Part shown: positions 50,124-59,995 of the stretch, one piece after another
Layout: every line of letters starts with the position of its first letter
How positions within the stretch are numbered: the stretch's first letter is position 1
From: a virus
Lineage: Duplodnaviria; Caudoviricetes
Reading direction: 5' to 3' (one strand)
DNA: 64,000 nucleotides
Virus record (IMG/VR): IMGVR_UViG_3300028591_000073
Coordinates: 96,001 to 160,000 of that record
Program-made: the position numbers and the translations under genes
Notes under the pieces: model-generated
Told to the model about the DNA's origin: nothing
Database searches by the model: none
The model's input: only the letters and a program-made list of their open reading frames with translations

Positions 50124-50279
50124 TTATAATATGAATCCGAAAGTCTCCCGATATAATTCAGCAACCATTTCAGGTGTTAACTCGACGATACCAATGTCTT
50201 CGAGTTCCATGTCACCTTCTAATGTTACACCATTAATTTCGGGACGATTCTCCAATTCATTATAATCCTGAGAAGGCAT
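50124..50279 (-). CDS. 51-aa small structural-type protein
   Basis: RBS GAGGTGA; MPSQDYNELENRPEINGVTLEGDMELEDIGI.. matches the DYxxLxNxPxINGVxLxG motif of phage fibre proteins. Confidence 0.65.
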   Translation of the reverse strand: MPSQDYNELENRPEINGVTLEGDMELEDIGIVELTPEMVAELYRETFGFIL

Positions 50280-50310
50280 AAGATCACCTCACTGAAAGGA
50301 GATTAGGCAT

Positions 50311-52230
50311 ATGGGTATAGTCAATCAATATGAAACCATGATTGTTGAGATGTATCAACAAACACATCCAAATGTTGACCCACTTCGTTTGAGACAGCTC
50401 GTGTCAAATATGGTTGAGAATCATTTCCAGGATATTCCAGTTCAAATGGACAATAATATTCGGCATGAAACATTCGATACCACAATGACAAATGTATTTG
50501 ATTGGATGGATGAAAGAAAACCAATTATTTCATCAAATGGGACATTCTTCAAACAGCACTCTGAATATCTATCACCAACTGTATTGTTCTTGGAAACATT
50601 ACAGAAGGACAGAAAAGATACCAAGAGAGAGATGTACAAACATCCAAAAGGAAGTATCATGTATCTAAACTTAAACTGTGCACAAGGACAGATTAAGGTA
50701 ATCATGAATTCCGACTATGGCGGAAGTGGTACTCCACTCTCACCTTTTTACAGCATGTATATTCCACCGGCTACAACGGGTTCTGCCAAGAATATGACAA
50801 CCACGTTAATTTGTTGTCTGGAGCTCTTATCTGGGAACAAGGACAGTTGGGCAAAGTTAAATGGAATCAATGAATTGTACGATTTCATCAGAAAAGTGTT
50901 AACAACAAATACTTCAAATCGACAACTAATGGTGCTAGACTCTTACAAGGATGAAGAAGTTGTTGGTCATTTAATTGATATGACAACAAATATCAGCTTG
51001 CAAGATATCAAATATTTGAAAATGTATGTTGCGACATTAACCAATCCCCAGAAGACAAAATTGATGTTGGCAAATAATCTGCGTCATGTTCTAAAAGCAT
51101 ATCTACATGGTAGAGTTGGTTCTATTATGGCATATCTCAAGAGCCATCGTTTGCATGTAGACAACATCACACAAGAGAATATTGATGAATCTGGATATGG
51201 CGTAAAGCCTCCAAAAGAAATCTTAAGTGATTTGGAATATTGTAAGCAGTTTGTATTGGACAATTGTGTGTACCCATTCATTCCCAATGATTGCGAAACT
51301 CGTGCATGGAATATGCACCGTGATGTTGTATGTGTCACAGATACTGACTCATTGATGGTACACTTTGCATCCTATCTGGATGAGTTTCAAGCACATGTAT
51401 CATCTTACCGTGATTCTTGTTTGATTGCATCTGCATTCGGCTTCCGTTTATTCATTGAAGCCGTTATTCCACAGATGACAGAAAACATTGTCATGTATCG
51501 TGGCATTCAGGATGAATATTATCGCAGAAAGTTTGTATTCAAGAATGAATTTGCATTCTTGGCAATGTCATTGTTTGCCAAGAAGATGTACTCTGCATCA
51601 TGCTTTGTACAAGAAGGGAATCCACGTAATATCCATGAAACAGCAGTCACTGGATTATCATTTAAGAAACGTGACTCAGCAGAATTCTTAGAACCAATTA
51701 TGTTACGTTTGCATGACCAATATGTGTTAACTGCGGATAAGATTAACGTATCTGCACTATTGGATGAATATTATGCTTTACGAGATAAATTGAAAGCAGT
51801 TGTGAAAACGGATGCTCATTATCACAAAGCCCAAAGTGTCAAGACAATTAATGCTTATAAATCATTGCCAGCTCACATGAAAGGAATGCTTATATGGAAT
51901 ACCATGTTCCCGGAGGAAGAAATCCTACCGATGGATAGAGTCACCGTTATTCCGTTATCATGGAAGCTATTGGAAGAAAATAGCCACATTCCCGAATTAG
52001 CAAGGATTGCACAATTGGCAAGTATTGATAATCCCAAGCATAAGACAGAACCAGTATTGTCAATTCCAGAAACGTATCACGAGATTCCCGATTGGTTACA
52101 ACCAGCAATTGATGAAGACTATTGTGTGGATAAGTTATTATCTCCATTCAAACAGTTGCTCGGGTTGTTTGATGTTGTTATCAACGATACTCGGGGTGGC
52201 ATGATTCCGAGTCGTATGATATTCCTATAA
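50311..52230 (+). CDS. Family B DNA polymerase catalytic polypeptide (split, phiKZ-like)
   Basis: QIKVIMNSDYG (motif B), VTDTDS (motif C), FKNEF..AKKMYS..TGLSFKKRD; no exonuclease or motif A recognised. Confidence 0.85.
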   Translation: MGIVNQYETMIVEMYQQTHPNVDPLRLRQLVSNMVENHFQDIPVQMDNNIRHETFDTTMTNVFDWMDERKPIISSNGTFFKQHSEYLSPTVLFLETLQKDRKDTKREMYKHPKGSIMYLNLNCAQGQIKVIMNSDYGGSGTPLSPFYSMYIPPATTGSAKNMTTTLICCLELLSGNKDSWAKLNGINELYDFIRKVLTTNTSNRQLMVLDSYKDEEVVGHLIDMTTNISLQDIKYLKMYVATLTNPQKTKLMLANNLRHVLKAYLHGRVGSIMAYLKSHRLHVDNITQENIDESGYGVKPPKEILSDLEYCKQFVLDNCVYPFIPNDCETRAWNMHRDVVCVTDTDSLMVHFASYLDEFQAHVSSYRDSCLIASAFGFRLFIEAVIPQMTENIVMYRGIQDEYYRRKFVFKNEFAFLAMSLFAKKMYSASCFVQEGNPRNIHETAVTGLSFKKRDSAEFLEPIMLRLHDQYVLTADKINVSALLDEYYALRDKLKAVVKTDAHYHKAQSVKTINAYKSLPAHMKGMLIWNTMFPEEEILPMDRVTVIPLSWKLLEENSHIPELARIAQLASIDNPKHKTEPVLSIPETYHEIPDWLQPAIDEDYCVDKLLSPFKQLLGLFDVVINDTRGGMIPSRMIFL

Positions 52231-52260
52231 TATAAAAGTTTTGAAAGGAGGTGATATGAT

Positions 52261-52797
52261 ATGTGGGAAGATATTACTGCCTGGCTGGAGCAATATTCAG
52301 GTATCGAATATGACTTCGATTTCTATCTTCGTCAATTGAAAGACGATGGGATATTCATTGCTCCAGTCCAATGGAGAAACAATGTATCCATTGTATTGGA
52401 TAAACTATCAGAAATGGTAGATGATATTGAAGACAGGAAGCATGAGGTTCCAGATGATTTACCGAGTGCTCCGGAAATCAAAAAGATTGTCACATCTAAT
52501 ATCTTGAGCAGTTTGATTGATATCATCGATTCTATCAAACAAAAGCTCAATATTGAACCAACCATCATTCGTCGATTTACCACTTTGGAAAAGCACATTG
52601 ATGCTTTATTCGATTTGGTCAAAGCATTATCAGAGCATTCGATAGAATGGCTGATTCAAAAGGAATGGTTTGATGAATATGAATATAGTAATGATGATTT
52701 TCTACACGATACCTTTGGTATTGTGAAAAATGATTTACCGAATATGCATTTTACCGTCAACGATATCATCCAACTTCACGAGGATGACGAAGATTAA
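52261..52797 (+). CDS. Hypothetical protein
   Basis: RBS GAAAGGAGGTGA. Confidence 0.75.
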   Translation: MWEDITAWLEQYSGIEYDFDFYLRQLKDDGIFIAPVQWRNNVSIVLDKLSEMVDDIEDRKHEVPDDLPSAPEIKKIVTSNILSSLIDIIDSIKQKLNIEPTIIRRFTTLEKHIDALFDLVKALSEHSIEWLIQKEWFDEYEYSNDDFLHDTFGIVKNDLPNMHFTVNDIIQLHEDDED

Positions 52798-52878
52798 TTA
52801 TGAAATTCAGAAACAATATATGTTATTTCTGAATCATACAAGAAAATACTATTTTATATGCCGAAAGGAGAAATTATT

Positions 52879-53472
52879 ATGGCATTCATGAATAACAACG
52901 GTGGTTTTAATAACCAGAACAACAACAATGGTGAACCGAAGAAGAAAGTAAACTTCAAGGTTGGTAGGGACTTATATGGTGATGATGGTCGTCTGACTGT
53001 TGGTACTTGGAATTCTGATAAGGGTGGCACTTATGCAACTCTTAGAATTACTGCAGCAGTTGGAAAAGACCCATCCACAAAAGCAAACGTATATGAACAG
53101 AAGATGAGTGGTGAACTTCCTACTGTTTATCTGAATGGGGAAAATCTGCGTGCACTGATGATGGCAATGAATGATACCACACCTGAAACCTGCAACTTTG
53201 CAATTGATTGTGGTCGTTCCAAGATTACATTCAAAGGTGCTGGCACACAGTATACCATTACAATCGAAAACCAGAAAACTGGCAATCGTACTATCACACT
53301 GAAATCGATTCCTGCTGGGGATAAAAACTATCATCCGTCATGGTCTATCCTCATGGATAAATTGAAGATTGTTGATAAGAAGATTGCATTCGGCAGTGTG
53401 GATATGGAAGAATTTGGAGTTGCTTTCACTGGCAATGATGCTGCTTCCGATGCTGATGATAGCCCGTTCTAA
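52879..53472 (+). CDS. Putative single-stranded DNA-binding protein
   Basis: Beta-rich core, acidic C-terminal tail DADDSPF, replication context. Confidence 0.55.
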   Translation: MAFMNNNGGFNNQNNNNGEPKKKVNFKVGRDLYGDDGRLTVGTWNSDKGGTYATLRITAAVGKDPSTKANVYEQKMSGELPTVYLNGENLRALMMAMNDTTPETCNFAIDCGRSKITFKGAGTQYTITIENQKTGNRTITLKSIPAGDKNYHPSWSILMDKLKIVDKKIAFGSVDMEEFGVAFTGNDAASDADDSPF

Positions 53473-54110
53473 TGGTTGATTTGACAAATATGGGTCGGGC
53501 AGGACTCATCATACAATATGAAGATGTCATCTCATTAATGGGATACAACATCGTCGAATACTTGAAAGACAACAAAATCAATGATAAGTTTGAAAGGATG
53601 TCCCACGAGGACATCCTTTTGAGCTATTTTAATCGTGAACATTATAACATCAATGCATGGATTAAAGAAACATTTGATTTTGAATTGAATGTTTATGAAT
53701 TAATGGAATCACGAATCATGTTAAAACCAAACATGATTTATGCATATAAAGTCTTTCAAGAATCTGCCAAACAAGGTGTATCGAACCTGATGATTTATTC
53801 CAATCATCCGTCTGATGCCATTACATCTTACTTGCCATCTTTCAATATTCCATGTTTAAAACATGAGAGTGAGAATATTGTAGATATCTTAAATCATAAT
53901 CCCAATTGCACGTTTATCACATCTAATCCAGACTCCATTCAATTATGTACGGAGGTAAAAGCTCCATTTGTATTAACAATTATCGATGAATTTCTTTACG
54001 TCAAAGATATACTATTAACAGGAGTGGATGAGACACTGCGTAAACAAAACAAGCTTGTTTTCTTTACTGGTATCTTATCTGGAGGACTCACAAACGTCAA
54101 TCGAGATTAA
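53472..54110 (+). CDS. Hypothetical protein (possible degenerate HAD fold)
   Basis: LIIQYEDVI N-terminal motif, LMIYS; translationally coupled to the previous gene. Confidence 0.55.
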   Translation: MVDLTNMGRAGLIIQYEDVISLMGYNIVEYLKDNKINDKFERMSHEDILLSYFNREHYNINAWIKETFDFELNVYELMESRIMLKPNMIYAYKVFQESAKQGVSNLMIYSNHPSDAITSYLPSFNIPCLKHESENIVDILNHNPNCTFITSNPDSIQLCTEVKAPFVLTIIDEFLYVKDILLTGVDETLRKQNKLVFFTGILSGGLTNVNRD

Positions 54111-54133
54111 ATATATGAGAGGAGAAAAATGAC

Positions 54134-55777
54134 ATGAGCACGAAGAAACCCGACGCAATCGAGAAAGCCCTTTTCTATTTATATGACCCTGAAGCCACAT
54201 ATACGTACAATCTACGTCATGGAACTGAATATCCGTATAATGGATTCCCCAAAGGTGCTGATGGTAGAGTGTACAAGAAGACCAGATTCATTAACTGGGA
54301 ACCGATACCAGAAGACGTGATTATTCGTTATTCTGGAGCACAAATCATTGTGAACTTCGAAGCATTATTCCCTGATGTCATTGATGACCCGGCAATTCAA
54401 ATATTCCAGCTTCGTTCTAAAAGACCTATCATTCAGAATTTGATTTGTGAACAAATTAACTTCTTCACCGCATTATATGATGAAGATAATGATTTGCTCA
54501 CAAGCATGTTGATTGCAAAATACAAAACAGATTCCCAGACTTATACCATTAATACGTTCGATGAATTCTATGAGGATATCTATGATACACTCTTTCCTGA
54601 TAGAACAATTGAAAAGATTAACAAAATGGTGGAGGAAAATAATGTCGGAGATGATGTTGTTGGATTATTCCCGGTTGAATTCACGTATGACATGTATAAG
54701 GTCAGCTTCATGATTAAGATTATGCATATCTATGTGGAACACTTTATTCTGTCAACTGGTAATGTACCAAAGGATTTGTATGAGTTGTTTGCTCGTGCAT
54801 TCACGCATATCATGAACAAAACAAATCCCAACATGTATCTCTTACTGTATAACTATGCCAATACAAGAGTATTACAGACCATCACATCCAATCAAGCCAT
54901 TTATGAGATGAGAGCAATTGATGGTGTAACTGCTCCAACAACCACACAACATCTGATGCGAAAAGCATTGATTTGTGATGGTTTGATTAAGCTCACATTT
55001 GCATCAGAATGGGACCCTGTACAAAAGAGACCATCATACAGTTGTGTTGGGTTAATCAAAGCCATCGTTGCCAATTATACCAACAATACTCGCAAGATGC
55101 AATTGCGGTATTCGTTGGTAAATGTAGATGGAGACATCTCTCAATTGTTAGCAGATAATGTTGGAGCAAATGCTCCCATTTCTGTATTAAGGTCTTTCAA
55201 TCCCGGAGAATTCTGTTGCATGCACAAAGACCTGAATATCATCATTGGTCAAATCATTCTGGAAATCGACATCTCTAGTGTCGATTGGTATCTGGAGAAT
55301 TTGGTACAAATGAATGATTTGTCAACCATTTTGGTACAGACCGTGTTGTATAATAAGTTTCATTCTTCCTTAAACATCGATACACTAACCATGAAGCAGA
55401 AGTATATCATACTCCTATATGTTCGCAATATGGTCATGAACATCTATGGTTTAAGCGAAGAAGATACAATTCATCATCCATTGATTAACATTCTCATGGG
55501 TAAAGTAACAAACACTTCCACAAAAACCTTGACTGCGAAGGACCTGAATGGTGTCAAGAAATATGTGAAGTTAAACAATCTGAGAGATTATTTGCTGTCC
55601 GAGAAGAATGTCAACACCTATGTGGAAAAGATTATTCAGTGTGTCTTGTCCAACTATACCATTGTCAATCACAATGACCCTTCATTACTGAATACACCAT
55701 TGGTATATGATTCTGGTAATATGACAGTCATGTTACTGGAAATGATTGTGTCATTGTTTGAGTCGTTTCTATCATAA
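54134..55777 (+). CDS. Sigma-like promoter-specificity subunit of the non-virion RNAP (AR9 gp226-like)
   Basis: Helical protein next to beta'; IVNFEALF, NDLLTSMLIAKY, EFYEDI..LF, MVEEN, RVLQT..S..IY resemble gp226 as recalled from memory; needs HMM confirmation. Confidence 0.7.
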   Translation: MSTKKPDAIEKALFYLYDPEATYTYNLRHGTEYPYNGFPKGADGRVYKKTRFINWEPIPEDVIIRYSGAQIIVNFEALFPDVIDDPAIQIFQLRSKRPIIQNLICEQINFFTALYDEDNDLLTSMLIAKYKTDSQTYTINTFDEFYEDIYDTLFPDRTIEKINKMVEENNVGDDVVGLFPVEFTYDMYKVSFMIKIMHIYVEHFILSTGNVPKDLYELFARAFTHIMNKTNPNMYLLLYNYANTRVLQTITSNQAIYEMRAIDGVTAPTTTQHLMRKALICDGLIKLTFASEWDPVQKRPSYSCVGLIKAIVANYTNNTRKMQLRYSLVNVDGDISQLLADNVGANAPISVLRSFNPGEFCCMHKDLNIIIGQIILEIDISSVDWYLENLVQMNDLSTILVQTVLYNKFHSSLNIDTLTMKQKYIILLYVRNMVMNIYGLSEEDTIHHPLINILMGKVTNTSTKTLTAKDLNGVKKYVKLNNLRDYLLSEKNVNTYVEKIIQCVLSNYTIVNHNDPSLLNTPLVYDSGNMTVMLLEMIVSLFESFLS

Positions 55778-55797
55778 GAAAGTGAGGAGGATTTAAT

Positions 55798-57186
55798 ATG
55801 ATTTTGAAACGTATGAGTCTGGAAGCCGAATACTATGTGGACATGATTACCCATAATGGATTTCGTATTGAAAACGAGGATGTGTATTCACCAACTGACC
55901 CGAGCATGTTGGTGAATTCATCCAAGTTTACAGATAACGAATTTCGTTGTGACTGTGGTGCTTTTACTGGTCAAGATATCGTTGGTCAAAAGTGTCCGTT
56001 ATGTGGTTCAGAGATTGCATTGCATTCTCTGAACTTCCGTTATACTGGATGGGTGGATATCTATCCACATCGTGTAATTGCACCAGCTTATTATCACCTG
56101 CTAAAACGAGCTATTGGACAAAATATGATTAACTTCATTCTCGGTAATTATAAGGCAGATAATGATGTCAAATATAATGAGAATGATGTCGAGTTTGAGA
56201 AGAAACAAAAGACCAAGAAACGTGGTCGTGTGGCAACCAATGATATTGCAAATATCATCAGAAAGATTCCGCAAAATAAACATCAGTTCAAAGGAATTGG
56301 ACATGACGCATTCTATCAACGTTTCGAAGAAGTCTTGACAGCATGTGATTCAAAGCCACATCACGATGACATCCTTAGACTGTTGGAGAATAAGAATGAT
56401 GTCTTCACCAGTAAGATTCCAATCTATAGTACAGCCTTCAGACCAACCAATACCACATCTGAGAGTAAGTTCTATCCCACTATCAATAGATGGTTGGCAA
56501 AGATTGTTTCACTGAATTGTCAGTTAAAGTTCATGACGATGGATTTACAGATTATGCATACGCTTAATTGTATGCAAAACAATTGGTTGGAAGCCGTTGA
56601 TTATCTGGTCGAAAGTGAAATGGATAAGAAGACCGGGTTTATCCGTAGTGAGATTGTTGGTGGACCGTTTCAATTCTCTTCCAGAGCAGTTATCACATTA
56701 GACCCATCTTTGAATATTGATGAAGTTGACCTTCCGTATAACATGTTGGTTATCGTATATCAGTTCAAGATTGCACACATGTTGAAGAATCGTTTGAACA
56801 TGACATTGGAACAAGCATGCTTATATGTGAAAACGTATACAACAGCGCCAGAGGTTGTGGCTTGTATGGATGAGATTATTGGAAAAGGTGCTTGGTGTGT
56901 AATTCTGAGAGAACCGACAAACAATCTTGCATCCATCTGCTTATGCAAAATCAGAAGATATAAGTTGGATGATAATGATGATACCATGAGCATTACCATT
57001 GAATGCTTAGCTGGATTAAATGCTGACTTTGATGGTGACCAGCTTGATGTATTCATCGTAGATGATTATGGTAAAGAATGCTTTATGCCATTCCATTATT
57101 CTTGCATGACCAACTATGTCACTGGCGAATTCGACATCTCCTTGAGAGAATGGTATGCGATTAGCGCTGGCAGAATGAGTGAATGA
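55798..57186 (+). CDS. RNA polymerase beta' N-terminal subunit (non-virion type)
   Basis: Zn ribbon CDCG..CPLCG, FSSRAVI, LREP, catalytic LNADFDGD. Confidence 0.9.
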   Translation: MILKRMSLEAEYYVDMITHNGFRIENEDVYSPTDPSMLVNSSKFTDNEFRCDCGAFTGQDIVGQKCPLCGSEIALHSLNFRYTGWVDIYPHRVIAPAYYHLLKRAIGQNMINFILGNYKADNDVKYNENDVEFEKKQKTKKRGRVATNDIANIIRKIPQNKHQFKGIGHDAFYQRFEEVLTACDSKPHHDDILRLLENKNDVFTSKIPIYSTAFRPTNTTSESKFYPTINRWLAKIVSLNCQLKFMTMDLQIMHTLNCMQNNWLEAVDYLVESEMDKKTGFIRSEIVGGPFQFSSRAVITLDPSLNIDEVDLPYNMLVIVYQFKIAHMLKNRLNMTLEQACLYVKTYTTAPEVVACMDEIIGKGAWCVILREPTNNLASICLCKIRRYKLDDNDDTMSITIECLAGLNADFDGDQLDVFIVDDYGKECFMPFHYSCMTNYVTGEFDISLREWYAISAGRMSE

Positions 57187-57389
57187 TATGACATTATCCC
57201 CCGCATATGCGGGGGATTTCTATTTTTTATAATTTTCATATAGATATCATTAATATGACAATAGATGAAAGTCTATTTGTCAACCCATATAATTCAAAGA
57301 ATTATATGGGTGAAGTATAAATTGTCATGGTGACAGCATGATGATTTCTTTGTATCAAAGCCATATAAAATAAAAGGAGGAAATGAATC

Positions 57390-57779
57390 ATGGCAGAAAA
57401 CAAAGGCATTCGTTTACAAATCACTGGGTATGACGGACAATATTTCCCAGTTGATTCCGCCACTATTGTCCGCTGTGTAGTGACAGATACACAGCATTGG
57501 GAGCATGGTGTTCATCTTGATGATGATGAACTTCGTCTCTGGGATTACAGACCATTCTACAATGTAGATATGGTTATCCAGAATTGGGATAAAAGTCTCA
57601 TGAAGATGAAAGAGAGACCGCTCGATGCATACAGTGAAGTGACAGTTCATTGTATGATTTCACCGGAATTCTTTCAGGAATGGCACAGATGTAAAGGCGC
57701 TGGATATAATAATCCGGAAACCAGAGCGGAATTCCTGAATGCATGGATTCAGTATTACACAGAGGAGGTGAATCAATAA
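57390..57779 (+). CDS. Hypothetical protein
   Basis: RBS AAAGGAGG; variant early motif at about 57236-57258. Confidence 0.75.
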   Translation: MAENKGIRLQITGYDGQYFPVDSATIVRCVVTDTQHWEHGVHLDDDELRLWDYRPFYNVDMVIQNWDKSLMKMKERPLDAYSEVTVHCMISPEFFQEWHRCKGAGYNNPETRAEFLNAWIQYYTEEVNQ

Positions 57780-58102
57780 TGGAAGAGTTGATGGAGATGC
57801 TGAAATCCATACCAGAAGAGGTTACAATCCTCAAATGGGAAGACGGATTCGACGAAGACATGAAGCCCATTAAGAAGCAAACGCGTTATATTGACCGCAG
57901 CAAATATGACGCAAGCGAGCTTTATGACAAAATGCTCACATGGCTGCTGGATGATGAACTTGAAATGCATCCGATTCGTGCACTCGAGATGATTGAAAAC
58001 GGTTTCAGACTCACAGTCATTCATGAATCAGAGTGGGAAGCCGCTGTTCAGGTGACAGTTCCTGGTATGGAACCGCCACTCACCGTAATCGCAATCTCAT
58101 AA
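57779..58102 (+). CDS. Hypothetical protein
   Basis: RBS GGAGGTGA; ATG overlaps the previous stop codon. Confidence 0.7.
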   Translation: MEELMEMLKSIPEEVTILKWEDGFDEDMKPIKKQTRYIDRSKYDASELYDKMLTWLLDDELEMHPIRALEMIENGFRLTVIHESEWEAAVQVTVPGMEPPLTVIAIS

Positions 58103-58159
58103 ACAAAAAAGGGCTCCCTTCGGGGAGCCTACTGCTTTAATTTGAAAGGAGAAATTATC

Positions 58160-59917
58160 ATGAGCAAGAAGAAAATCGAAATCAACAAGGAAGATGTAAA
58201 AAAGACACTGGGATACAGGGTGTCTAAGAAACTCCTCTCCGTGTCAATCCCAATATTGTATCTCATCAGTATTGGGTTTGCTCTCTTTAGAGGGTATACT
58301 GATAAGATGAACGCAGCTGTTTATGCATCATTAACGGAAAATATGGATGCGTTCATGAACAAGCTGATGCTGGTATGTCTGCTGTCAGCAATCGGCATCT
58401 ATGGTCTTAACAGCTTCGCAAAGGCTGCAAGATTGAATGCGATAAATTCCGAATTCAACAAGGTCTTCGACCTTGCCTTGCATTCGAAGATATCAGACAT
58501 CAATAAGCTGTCGCCAGAACGCATCAGTGGGTTAGTGAACAGTGTTGCTGTCATGAAAGCCGACATCAAGTCATATATCATCAATTTAGTGAAAGCGGTA
58601 ATACCTTTTGCAATTGTGGTATATCACATTGCAAAGATATCTTTGTATGCTGCTATCATCATGGTGCTCGTAATGGGGTTGGTAATCATCCTCAATCTCT
58701 ATTCTGACTTCTTGTTCCATTTTGATTCGAAGAAATCTGTAATGAGCAATGAGGTAAGAGGAGTATCAACAGCATTGTTTATGTCAGTCCCCATGCTTAA
58801 ATACATGAATGCAGAAGCATGGGCGCAAAAGAAGTTGAAAGATGTGCAGGATGAAGCAACTCCTGCAATGCAAAACTGTGCAAAGCAACTGTACAATTTC
58901 GGAGTAGAGTTGTTAAGCACAATCCCTGAAATCGTGTGCATGGGGAATGCCATCAAAATGGGTGACGTGACCTTGGCAACATTCATGGGCTTCAATCTCG
59001 GCAGTATATATCAAATGATGTATCTGCTAAGAGGAATGGCTGAAGAAAAGAGTGAGCTGGATGGTGAACTCAATTCAATGGCCGAGCTCAAAGGAGATGA
59101 CAAGGCTTATTCTGATAAACCCGCATTCCCAGATAAATTGATTTTGCAAAACGTTAGATTCTATTATGAGTCTGACGAGAATAAGAAAAAGCCATTTATC
59201 TTCAACAACCTTGTGATTCGCAAGGGAAAGAAGTATAGATTCACATCTGCGTCAGGGACGGGAAAGTCATCGGTATTCAAATACTTTGCTGGTGAGATGG
59301 TGACAGACAGACAGCCTGATTTCCGCACATTCTATGTACATCAGCAGGCTTGTCTGATTAATCTTGTCTCTTTAAGAGATAATATCACATTGGGTAATCC
59401 GTATGTGCCTGATGGAGATATTGTATATCTCTTAACGGAGATGGGTATGGGTGATTGGCTTGCTAATTTGCCCAAAGGATTAGACTCCATTATTGGTGTA
59501 GATGTGACGCCGTCTGGTGGTGAATCTAGTAGAATCTCTCTAATGAGAGCATTCTTGCATGTCCGCAATTATGGACCGGACCCTCTCCATCGCATCAGAA
59601 ATACATCCGACCTTATCATGATGGACGAAGTAACTTCCGCATTGGATAAGCGCACAAGATGGTTAGCAGATGACGAACTCTGTACGGAAGAAAAAGTCAT
59701 CAAACTTTGTGAGAAAGAGTTCGCCGGCTGTACGGTAGCAATCATTTCTCATGAAGATGAAACGAGTCATGCGTATGGTTTCCGCAATATTGTCGACTAC
59801 GAAGTTAGACTCGAGGTCAGACAGAATGGCGACAAGGAAGAGCACATCATCTGCAGTGCTGAACCTGTCAACTATGAGAAGACCCGTTCAACAGCACTGA
59901 GTCGTATCGCAAAATAA
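58160..59917 (+). CDS. ABC exporter-type half transporter (TMD+NBD)
   Basis: Several TM helices; Walker A SASGTGKS, Q-loop VHQ, signature PSGGE, Walker B LIMMDEVTSALD, H-loop ISH. Confidence 0.85.
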   Translation: MSKKKIEINKEDVKKTLGYRVSKKLLSVSIPILYLISIGFALFRGYTDKMNAAVYASLTENMDAFMNKLMLVCLLSAIGIYGLNSFAKAARLNAINSEFNKVFDLALHSKISDINKLSPERISGLVNSVAVMKADIKSYIINLVKAVIPFAIVVYHIAKISLYAAIIMVLVMGLVIILNLYSDFLFHFDSKKSVMSNEVRGVSTALFMSVPMLKYMNAEAWAQKKLKDVQDEATPAMQNCAKQLYNFGVELLSTIPEIVCMGNAIKMGDVTLATFMGFNLGSIYQMMYLLRGMAEEKSELDGELNSMAELKGDDKAYSDKPAFPDKLILQNVRFYYESDENKKKPFIFNNLVIRKGKKYRFTSASGTGKSSVFKYFAGEMVTDRQPDFRTFYVHQQACLINLVSLRDNITLGNPYVPDGDIVYLLTEMGMGDWLANLPKGLDSIIGVDVTPSGGESSRISLMRAFLHVRNYGPDPLHRIRNTSDLIMMDEVTSALDKRTRWLADDELCTEEKVIKLCEKEFAGCTVAIISHEDETSHAYGFRNIVDYEVRLEVRQNGDKEEHIICSAEPVNYEKTRSTALSRIAK

Positions 59918-59995
59918 ATTGTAAATAATCCGGGAGTTTTATATGCTCCCGGATTAAAATAAAATTCCCAAAAAGAAGAAAGGAAGTAATTTATT

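Noticed and set aside
54134-55777. Chimallin (phage nucleus shell), suggested by size and position between the DNA polymerase and beta' genes
   Set aside because: The sequence is largely helical and matches the AR9 gp226 sigma-like pattern; no chimallin-like features were recognised. HHpred would settle it.
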